64,000 bases of DNA from contig JAFGWL010000013.1 of assembly GCA_016937175.1 (NCBI GenBank), positions 18,821 through 82,820 on the forward strand. The letters are read 5' to 3'. Source of the DNA: Candidatus Mcinerneyibacteriota bacterium (GTDB lineage: Bacteria; Macinerneyibacteriota; Macinerneyibacteria; Macinerneyibacteriales; DSCS01). Below, piece by piece: positions 9,901 through 17,242 of this stretch. The position numbers and the translations under genes are program-made. Position 1 is the first letter of the stretch. Each line of letters opens with the position of its first letter. The notes under the pieces were generated by a model. The model did not search any database and was not told where the DNA came from. It saw only the letters and a program-made list of their open reading frames with translations.

Positions 9901-12900
9901 CTCGATCAGGGGTTTCCCCTCTGACAAGGACCACGGCCGGGGCATATGACGTCCTTCATAGAGAAGATAGAGCTGGGAGAGCGAAAAGGCATTATAGGCG
10001 GAAGAGCGGAACGAATCAGCCTTGCGGTCTATGATAAAAGTGGCATCCGGCGGAATATCCTGCTCGATACGGGCTCTGTCCCGTGTAAGCAGAAGAAATT
10101 TCTTCTCCAGCCGGTAGGCGATGATATCATCGGGAGAGAGCATCCTGCGGAGGCTCTCCCCTTTCAGGAAGGGGATACCTGAGATGAGTCTGGCGCGTTG
10201 ATCCAGTTTCTCCGCGTAGCGGGATGCTTCTGCAAGGTCTTCACGGCCCAGATAGTAGAAATAGTTGCCCAGATTCACCGTATCCAGCTGGGAAAAGAGC
10301 TCAGGTTTATAGAAAAGGTAGCGTATCCTCTCTTCAAAGGACTCGAACCCGGACAAAAGGCGCACAAGACGATCGAAGTCGGTTTTCTCCGTTACGGCAT
10401 CTTCCAGAAGCTGAAAGGGAATATAGCCTTTGTCCCTGAAAAAGGCTGCAAACCGGGGAGCTGTTTTATCATCGGCCCGATTGATGGAATCAGATGCTTT
10501 TTCAAGGAATTCGAAACATGATTCGGGAGAAGATCTCCTTGTCAAAAGCGCTGCATCTATATTGATCAGAAAATCAAGAAAAACATCTTCTCCCTGCAGG
10601 CTCATAAGAGAAGAGAGGACGTCGTCTCCGAGAAACCGGTGCAGGAAAAGGTAAAAAAGACGCTTCATGGCGGGACTCACTCCGGGCCTTTGGAGGAGAG
10701 AACGGATCTTCTCATAGCGCCTGAAATCCTTCTCCTGTTTGTCTACAGCTTCCCTGAGGGTGGAGAAAGACTCCTCCCGGGGAGCCGTCTTCATAAAAGC
10801 CAGAATCATCATCCATTGATGAAGCTCCTGCAGATCCGGATCCCTGATGGCTTTCACCCGTTCCTCCATGCCTTCCAAAATTCCCAGGGGATCCGGAGAT
10901 GAGTCCATATTAAGGAAGAGTGATGAAAGCTCGTTGATCAGCAGCCCCTTCTGGAACTTGTTCTCACGTGAGATCTCCAAAGAGCGGTCCAGATACTCCT
11001 GAAGGAGCTGATCATTGCCGATACGATAATAGAGAGAAGCGAAATTATTGGTGATGACCATATCCGCATAGGGGCTGTCGGAAACAGCGAGTTTTTCTTT
11101 GAACAGGTCCACGGCTGCTGACATCTCCCCTTTGTTCATGGAGGCCGCAGCCATGATGGAAAGAAGAAGGTTCCGTTCCATCTCCGGGGTAAATCCCCGG
11201 TAAGCACCGGTCTCATGAGCTCCTGAGAGCGCCATGGCAATGCTTATATCCAGGAGGCCTCCCCCCTCTTTTTTGCGTGCCTGATCCCCCTGCAGAAGGT
11301 CCAACCCCTTTTTGGCATGAAAAAGAGCCTTGTCGGTATCGTCTCCCAACAGGGCATTGTAGGCGATATTCCTGTGATAAAGGACCTGCCGGACAGGGTC
11401 TTCTCCCGAAAGCCCCAGGGAAAGAGCCCTTTCAAAGTAACGGACAGATTCCAGATGTTTTCCTGAAAGAGAAGTGACCATTCCAAGATGTTTGAGAATA
11501 TAATCCTGCCCCCGGATATCCTGGTCTTCCAAATAGAGAGTCAAAAGTTTCCGGTCGAAGGAGGCTGTCTCTTCATATTGATTGAGATTGTAATGGATGG
11601 TGGATAAGCGGAGCAGATACTGTTTTTCCTCCTGACGTCCCTGATAAGGAGGTATCTTTCCTGACATGGCGGTATAATAGTCAAGCGCCTTGTCAAAGAT
11701 CCGGAGTTTGAAGTAGATGTTGGCCATGTTCTTTTCAAAATAGCCTCTGAGAAGTCTATCGTCTGTATCGGCCAGGGCCAGGCCTGTCTTGTACTCTCCC
11801 AGGGCCATTTCCAGGTATTGCCCCTGTCCAAGACGCTCCATCTCCTCGTAAAGCCATCCCAGGGTCAGATGCATGATCCCCTCCTGGGGACGACGGCCCA
11901 CAGAGCTTACGACCAGATCCAGGGCCTCTTCATAGGCTGCGAGGGTGAGGTCAGTTCTCCCTCGCACTTCGTAGGATGTCCCCACATAGGTCAGGGCAAA
12001 CCCGTAAAGGTACTGCATGAGAGGGTCTTCCGGATGATCCAGGTATAGGGCTTTATAACGCCCTGCTGTCTCCATGATATTTCCCAGGAGGTAATCCAGC
12101 CGGATCATGGCCCGGTTGATCTCCAGATCCCCGGGCAAGGCCTCCCTCAAAAGAAGGATTATCTTTCGTGCCTTCAGAAGGTCCTCTTCTTTTTCATACT
12201 CTTCAGCCACGGCTACAGCCCTGGACCTCAGAAAGGAGACGATATCTTTATAATAGACGCCGTTATAGCCTGATGTGAGAATATTTGAAAAGGCTGTTAT
12301 CCCTTCTTCTGTCTCATAACGGCTGTAGATCTCAAGCAGGATGGGATAGAGCATCTCCCGGTTCTCATCTTCCCGGCCCTTGACCTTATGCCACTCCTGA
12401 AGTGCGCCGGCATAGTCTCCGACTACAAGGAGAGAATCCATGAGTGCCCCTGTGGCTCCGTAAAAGAGAGTGGAGCCGGGAGGGTTCTCATCCCGTATCC
12501 GGCTCAGAATATTGAGGGAATAGCCGCTCCCGGCTTTGTATTCCGCCCTCACCTTCAGATAAAGGCTCACAGCTTCGGTCACGTAACGGTCACGGTAGAA
12601 GGCGTTATTGATTATCTTTTCCAGGAGTCCGAGTGCCGGGGTTTTCCGGCCTGTCATCAGCGCTGAGCGGGCAGCTAAGAGGGAAAGTTTGTTTTTCAGC
12701 CCGGTGGAGCGGATCCTGTTTTCCAGTGTAGAAAACGTCTCCAAAACAGCGCGATGCTCACCGGCTTCATAAAGACGGAAAATCAGGCGCTCAGACATCC
12801 CCTCTTCATAAAGAGAGGGAGCCCCGGCAATATCTTCTTTTGTGACCAGAGGTTTCAAAAGAGTCCCTTCGGCCAGGTAGGAAAATTTATCCGCCTCCCT

Positions 12901-13938
12901 TTCAGCCAGACGCGGGTATCCTGTTTCCAGGAGCTTATTGATATAATGTGTCAAAAAAAGAAGTGATTCGCGGGGCGAAAAGAGAGAGACGACTTTCTCG
13001 GCCAGAGGGAGGATCTCCTCTGGCTTGTCTGTCCGCTCCAGGTAATTGTTGTAATGGTAGACCGAAGAAAAACTGTAGGCAAGGTCTTCCCTGCTTTTAT
13101 AGGAGAGTTTCGGGCCCTTTGTAAAAAAAAGGGTATCACTTGAAAGCGTAAAACTATGAAGTCCTTCTGCTCCAAAGAGATAATGCTCTCTGCCCTCCTC
13201 CGATGAAGTGAGAAAGGCTGTCTGCAGATTCTCTTCCCTTCCGGGCACATCTTCTGCCAGTGGATAGGAGAGATAATAGAGTTTCCCTGTGACAGGATCA
13301 TAAAAAAGGTCTGATTTGGGCAAAGGAGAAGTCTTCAGAACCCGGATATTCCCGGTGGCGGTCTCCACGGACAGGATCTCTCTGTCTCTGAGAAGATAGA
13401 CCTCCCCTTCTCCAAAGGCAAGGTCTTCCGCGCCGGAGAACTCAGACCGATAGACCTCCTTCCCCTCACGGCTTAAGATGACAAGGTCTGTCTTTCCCTC
13501 TTCGCGCGACAGGGCTGCGATCAGGGAGCCGTCGGGAGAGAACCGGGGAGACATCTCCCGGACGAAAGGCCTGCCCAGATTTGTCATCTTTCCTCCCTGC
13601 AGAAGCAGGATGTCCCCCAGGACATCATACTGGTCCGAGGTGACAAGCAGGCTTCCCCTGCTGTCAGTATCTTCCAGGCTCTCTTCATAAGATGTTGAAA
13701 AAAGAGCCTCGCTCATTTGTGCGGTAAAATCATATTTGATGACTTGACGGTTGTTGTTGTCGATAACGGTATAGTAGAGACACCCTGTCTCCGGGCAGAA
13801 ACGCACAGATTCTATTCCCCCCAGCTGGACATCGATCTGCCCCTCAGGAGGCATCTCCTGCACGAGTCCGCTTTTGAGAGTACATCCTCCGGCTCCCAGA
13901 AGAATCAGGAGGAGAAACAGAAACGTTTTACGGTGCAC
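6991..13938 (-). CDS. giant lipoprotein: TolB-like beta-propeller + TPR arrays + C-terminal CHAT (caspase-like) protease
   Basis: Signal with lipobox LGAGGC; SPRFSPDGS PD40-type repeat; many TPR-like helices; CHAT motifs SPSGVLNYLPF, IHFACHG, VLSACDSG, SSLWRISD, HPAYWS. Confidence 0.88.
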   Translation of the reverse strand: MHRKTFLFLLLILLGAGGCTLKSGLVQEMPPEGQIDVQLGGIESVRFCPETGCLYYTVIDNNNRQVIKYDFTAQMSEALFSTSYEESLEDTDSRGSLLVTSDQYDVLGDILLLQGGKMTNLGRPFVREMSPRFSPDGSLIAALSREEGKTDLVILSREGKEVYRSEFSGAEDLAFGEGEVYLLRDREILSVETATGNIRVLKTSPLPKSDLFYDPVTGKLYYLSYPLAEDVPGREENLQTAFLTSSEEGREHYLFGAEGLHSFTLSSDTLFFTKGPKLSYKSREDLAYSFSSVYHYNNYLERTDKPEEILPLAEKVVSLFSPRESLLFLTHYINKLLETGYPRLAEREADKFSYLAEGTLLKPLVTKEDIAGAPSLYEEGMSERLIFRLYEAGEHRAVLETFSTLENRIRSTGLKNKLSLLAARSALMTGRKTPALGLLEKIINNAFYRDRYVTEAVSLYLKVRAEYKAGSGYSLNILSRIRDENPPGSTLFYGATGALMDSLLVVGDYAGALQEWHKVKGREDENREMLYPILLEIYSRYETEEGITAFSNILTSGYNGVYYKDIVSFLRSRAVAVAEEYEKEEDLLKARKIILLLREALPGDLEINRAMIRLDYLLGNIMETAGRYKALYLDHPEDPLMQYLYGFALTYVGTSYEVRGRTDLTLAAYEEALDLVVSSVGRRPQEGIMHLTLGWLYEEMERLGQGQYLEMALGEYKTGLALADTDDRLLRGYFEKNMANIYFKLRIFDKALDYYTAMSGKIPPYQGRQEEKQYLLRLSTIHYNLNQYEETASFDRKLLTLYLEDQDIRGQDYILKHLGMVTSLSGKHLESVRYFERALSLGLSGEDPVRQVLYHRNIAYNALLGDDTDKALFHAKKGLDLLQGDQARKKEGGGLLDISIAMALSGAHETGAYRGFTPEMERNLLLSIMAAASMNKGEMSAAVDLFKEKLAVSDSPYADMVITNNFASLYYRIGNDQLLQEYLDRSLEISRENKFQKGLLINELSSLFLNMDSSPDPLGILEGMEERVKAIRDPDLQELHQWMMILAFMKTAPREESFSTLREAVDKQEKDFRRYEKIRSLLQRPGVSPAMKRLFYLFLHRFLGDDVLSSLMSLQGEDVFLDFLINIDAALLTRRSSPESCFEFLEKASDSINRADDKTAPRFAAFFRDKGYIPFQLLEDAVTEKTDFDRLVRLLSGFESFEERIRYLFYKPELFSQLDTVNLGNYFYYLGREDLAEASRYAEKLDQRARLISGIPFLKGESLRRMLSPDDIIAYRLEKKFLLLTRDRARIEQDIPPDATFIIDRKADSFRSSAYNAFSLSQLYLLYEGRHMPRPWSLSEGKPLIEESSGYFRLSGSLESDQVNPYASKAGDYTGLQFLKEGLTVDGLWVDEAEVTSPISMRLFTDILIYAGLNTIKIGEITFSYREMTEKQFASFLSEKTSEIDRRAYLYYKEGHYSRSFRELANLIPLLKARKDTATLTSRLYLMITIATDHLRDPELIRQELKEYISLKGLPESAYEKNLAILYERTGFYSRAIALYKEGRIPGDQTLQLASLYEKNGQYEEASELLNLVNTEESLIRRAVIHYKYFNENEKARALLEKVRSRDKQQTVELLKGSISLREGDYETAKALFRPLTESPERNIRINAAIGMANLLFKTNAYHECLDYIRRTLQSLPEKENQAERVILKNLLSLALLETGSEHLALSEIDGALETARRYNIVGETTALIINKSLILRETGRPEEALALLESELPEAQARNNSYLLKGLYRHLAITSYQIGSSGQALLYLGKMKDLGQLTPEESMYASYYTGLVTKDIPMLEKARQEALDIRDISTALEIANHLGLFSGRIDHFEMAVSLLEAMAEDMDSPGLQVKLLKKYQGIYRSLAEAYFDAGLFEKSFFTTEKVKRIAFLVNNPLGAGQSTLKPEEEEALDKLKKELYHLDLLMKNDASIVREYEARKEDLDRLKLEIAMNQKGSADIPGERDFAGTIPQGTLVLSFLVLENRTLLLSWLDGAISGYSIPAGKERLNEEVSRLRDLISETAGEEVIRGESSRLGDLLLPFDLPKSGHLVVSPSGVLNYLPFSLLVKKGEYLIDRFPVTYIPDLFMLRENSGAGPFRSILAVGNPDLDNPDLELYFAQKEAGEIRFIFGPITDILKGKAATEEAVREKMASKDYDIIHFACHGYFNRHYSLLSHLLFASGGHLDGRFDVEEIRNLTPQARLAVLSACDSGVGVLGEGDEVTALDRAFMKTEESAVISSLWRISDVATGMLFKHFYRELDKGTPAPLALWKAKKELRLFFPHPAYWSSMKYTGN

Positions 13939-14503
13939 TCTTCTCCTTCCAGCTGCCCGAGGCGTCCTGAATCAGCCAGCCTGGCCTGGCCTCGTCATGC
14001 ATTTTATGAGCAAAGATCTCTTCCACTTTTCCCAGGTCATTCTCGCTTAATCCCTGGGTGATGCTGATAATGCGGTTATAGATGATCCTCCGGTCACGGT
14101 TCTCTTCCTGCAAAAACCGGTCGACCAGACGGGCAAGCTCTTTGTCCTCATCCAGCCGTCGGGAATCCCTGATCTCCACATACCCGCTGTTGGACTCCCC
14201 TATGATCTTCATATCCATAAAACGCTGATAGTCGTCTTTATTGTAGAGTCTGTTCTGATAGGCTAAAAGAGATCTCCTTTTTTCATCGGAAATCTCGGCG
14301 ATATCATCGGGGAGAGCCCTGACAGAGACAAGCAGCATAGGATCAGCCCCGATAAAGGAGTAGTTGCCCAGAACCTGGTTTTCCAGAGAGGTCTTCTCTC
14401 CCACCAGAGTGATCTCGATCTTCGCCTTGGGGCTTAAGAGAGAACACCCCGCAATAGCCAGCCCCGCGGCGAGATATGAGATGAGAAGAACGGCTTTGTT
14501 CAT
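13928..14503 (-). CDS. DUF1318 (YdbL-like) lipoprotein
   Basis: Lipobox AIAGC; IGESNSGYVE, EENRDRRIIY and ARPGWLIQDASGSW are typical of YdbL/DUF1318. Confidence 0.8.
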   Translation of the reverse strand: MNKAVLLISYLAAGLAIAGCSLLSPKAKIEITLVGEKTSLENQVLGNYSFIGADPMLLVSVRALPDDIAEISDEKRRSLLAYQNRLYNKDDYQRFMDMKIIGESNSGYVEIRDSRRLDEDKELARLVDRFLQEENRDRRIIYNRIISITQGLSENDLGKVEEIFAHKMHDEARPGWLIQDASGSWKEKSAP

Positions 14504-14515
14504 GACACTCCTTTC

Positions 14516-17137
14516 TTAAAAGACAAGACCTGCTTCTTTGAGGATACTGTCCAGAGGAATACGCCTGATGGGTTCGACATCCAGCCCTCCTATAAGAAAA
14601 CCCAGGGCGAATGAGACTAAATTGGATCGGCGGAATCCGAAGGTGGGATGGATGTTGACAAACCCGTTGGATGTGGTGACCAGCACATTTTTGGGTACTA
14701 CCCCTACCATATTAAGCTTCTTGCGCATGCCTTGTATCTGGGGGTTTTTCTTGTCCGGGTCGAGAGAGAGGAGAGCTTTGTCCAGGACATCGCTGTCGAT
14801 CTTTGTAATATCCCAGAATCCTTCCACTTCCGTTCCTTTACCCTTAAAGCGGGAAACCATGGAGAGAAGAGAGGTTCCTCCTTTGCCTGTCCCTTTTCTG
14901 ATGTTCAGGTCGATGGCATTGAATTGAATATCGTAACTCAACACGTCCAGGTCGGCCGAAAGAGCCCCTCCGATCTGGCCATCCAGAAAACGGCCATAAA
15001 AAGTGTGGACAGAGGCTTTTTTATTGACAGCGCTCAGAGAAGCCGCGAAATCTCTGATGACGAAATGCTGAAAACCGCCCTTCTCCATCCTGAAATTGAT
15101 CTCTTCTCCCTGCCTCAACTCCCCGGGGGCGAATGGCCCGAAGTAGTAGGGAAGCGAAAGAGTCAGGCCCGTGACTGAGATATCCCTGTCGTATTGGAGA
15201 GATCCCATTGAACAGTCAAAGACAGCCTTCCATTTTTTCTGAGTTCCTTCAAACCAGAGCCTCCCGTCGATTTCCTCCAACCGGATCTTCTTTTCCGGAT
15301 AAGAGAGAGATACACCGTCCATGGTGTTGTCTGTCTTGATGAACGGGGCAGCGAGGGTCCCTGAGAGATCCAATGTGAAGTTGACAGTCCCCTTTGATTC
15401 GATTGCCGGCAGTCCCGGGGCGAAGGAGATGAGTTCAGGGATATCGATCTTGGAATGGGAGAGAGTCAGATTGATGTTTTCTTCCCCCCACTTTTCCAGG
15501 GAGCCGTTTACAAGGAAGCGGTTGTTCTTCCCCAGTTTCAAAAAAAAGTTATCGCAGTAAAGATACTTCTGCATAGGAGCGATGATGAGCCCTCCTCCCA
15601 TGCTGACTTTGGGGATCTTGACCGGCGAAAAATCAGTCCGGAAATCGATCTCCTGGGCTCCTGCCGAGATCAGCAGAGTCAACCCTTTGGAAATGGAACC
15701 GGTGACTTCTGCCAGGGCGTTCAGTTTTGCATAAAGAGGAATATCAAAATAGTTATAAAAGGTGAAATCACGCATCTGGAGGTTAAGCTGCAATGAATCC
15801 AGGTCCGGGGTATTACCCCGAAGTTTCAGCATTCCCCCGTAGAGGGAGAAGGAGAAATCTTCCAGGGTACATGCTCCTGTCATGCGCTGCGGATCCAGAT
15901 GGCCCTTCACGGCCAGATGGATATTCTTCAAAGGCTCTGTCATGCGGGAGACTAAAAGAGAAGCGATCTCGGCTTCGGCGCTGATCTCCAGGTTCTCAGG
16001 GGTCCCTCCCAATGACAGGGTCACCAGAGCGTCTTTTAAAGAGGCTTCGCTGGCTGATGCCGAAGGGATACGGAGGATCACCTTGCCTCTCATCGTCTCC
16101 TTCCGCGCTTCTCCCCGGGTCCGGATGTAACCTTCTACAGAGACCGGGGGAAAGCCGGGAATAGCCCGCCGGAGGATACTGGTGAGCCCGTCCAGGTCAA
16201 TGTCCGAAAAAAGACGGCTGAAGGAGAGGGACTCAAACTTCATCGCATCATCAAAGAGGATTTTTCCCCGTATTTCGGCCAATGTCAACTGGTTCACAGC
16301 CACAGTAAAGTCTCCTGCTGTCAGGCTCTTCCTGGTTGTGCTGAGAAGATAGGATCCTTTCTGTGTCAGGGTCACCTCTCTTTCGGGTTCTCTGGCAGAG
16401 ACAGCCTCCTTCAAAGCCAGAGAGCCGTCTGAGACAGCCGCCTGTAAGGATACTCCGTAGGGGAGAAAAAGCCTGTCCGGTCCGTTACCCAGCGTGACAT
16501 TGTTATCATTAGTGCGGAGTCTGAAATAGCCTGTAAGTCCCTGAAATGTCCCGTCAGGAGCTTCAACAGCGCCCTCAAGGGAAAACGAGCCGGAATGAGA
16601 GACTCCCTTCCCCTGATAAAGAAGGCGAAGATTCCTGACATCAAGAGACCTGACCCGGAAACGGGGTATCTTTTCGGGGATCAGAGGCTTTTTCTCAAGA
16701 GGTGTCTCTTCCTCTTTCCCTCCAGGGACACTTTCCTTTATTCGCCCATCTGAAAAAGAGGCCTCCTTCATGGAAAAGGTGACATCTTCCAGTGATATCG
16801 ACTCGATTTCAACAAGCCCCCGAAAGAAAGCGAAGGGAGAAATCCGGATATGAATACGGCCTGCCGAAAGGTCTCCCCGGGGAAGAGAAAGGGTGAGGTC
16901 TTTTAACGTCAGGGAAAAAGGCAGTCGGGAAACGGACGATCCTGCAGAAAGGGGTAAAAAACGGGAGACAAGTGAGCTGTTCAGGACTCCTGGTGAAAGA
17001 AGGCTGTTGAGAAGAGAGAAGAAGAAAGCCATATGGACCAGAAAAGAAACAACGACTCCGCCTGCAGCAAGAAGAAGAGCTTCCCCCTTCCGGCCTTCCC
17101 TCTGATCTTGCTTTTTATCGTGTTTCAGACGACTCAT
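14516..17137 (-). CDS. AsmA-like / YdbH-like intermembrane bridge protein
   Basis: Single N-terminal TM anchor, AsmA-type N-terminus (LTLKDLTL...IRISPFAFFRGLVEIESISLED), about 800 aa of amphipathic beta strands; next to YdbL-like gene. Confidence 0.7.
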   Translation of the reverse strand: MSRLKHDKKQDQREGRKGEALLLAAGGVVVSFLVHMAFFFSLLNSLLSPGVLNSSLVSRFLPLSAGSSVSRLPFSLTLKDLTLSLPRGDLSAGRIHIRISPFAFFRGLVEIESISLEDVTFSMKEASFSDGRIKESVPGGKEEETPLEKKPLIPEKIPRFRVRSLDVRNLRLLYQGKGVSHSGSFSLEGAVEAPDGTFQGLTGYFRLRTNDNNVTLGNGPDRLFLPYGVSLQAAVSDGSLALKEAVSAREPEREVTLTQKGSYLLSTTRKSLTAGDFTVAVNQLTLAEIRGKILFDDAMKFESLSFSRLFSDIDLDGLTSILRRAIPGFPPVSVEGYIRTRGEARKETMRGKVILRIPSASASEASLKDALVTLSLGGTPENLEISAEAEIASLLVSRMTEPLKNIHLAVKGHLDPQRMTGACTLEDFSFSLYGGMLKLRGNTPDLDSLQLNLQMRDFTFYNYFDIPLYAKLNALAEVTGSISKGLTLLISAGAQEIDFRTDFSPVKIPKVSMGGGLIIAPMQKYLYCDNFFLKLGKNNRFLVNGSLEKWGEENINLTLSHSKIDIPELISFAPGLPAIESKGTVNFTLDLSGTLAAPFIKTDNTMDGVSLSYPEKKIRLEEIDGRLWFEGTQKKWKAVFDCSMGSLQYDRDISVTGLTLSLPYYFGPFAPGELRQGEEINFRMEKGGFQHFVIRDFAASLSAVNKKASVHTFYGRFLDGQIGGALSADLDVLSYDIQFNAIDLNIRKGTGKGGTSLLSMVSRFKGKGTEVEGFWDITKIDSDVLDKALLSLDPDKKNPQIQGMRKKLNMVGVVPKNVLVTTSNGFVNIHPTFGFRRSNLVSFALGFLIGGLDVEPIRRIPLDSILKEAGLVF

Positions 17138-17214
17138 TTCCGGCCCCTTTTACTCTGTCTCCGCTTTTCTGCTAAAAAGCATAAAAGTCTTTACCAGTAT
17201 AGCTGAATTAATGA

Positions 17215-17242
17215 AAAAATAAAGGGGAGCTTAACGCTCCCC
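17215..17242 (-). terminator. intrinsic terminator overlapping valS stop
   Basis: Stem GGGGAGC/GCTCCCC (17224-17242), 5-nt loop, followed by T-rich tract on minus strand. Confidence 0.7.

Noticed and set aside
6991..13938. CHAT protein as part of a CRISPR type III-E (Craspase) or other cytoplasmic defence system
   Set aside because: No cas genes, repeats, gasdermin-like or other effector gene nearby, and the protein has a lipoprotein export signal
17138..17230. Possible riboswitch or ncRNA in intergenic gaps
   Set aside because: Gaps are short and explained by promoters and terminators; no recognisable T-box, TPP, cobalamin or tRNA structure
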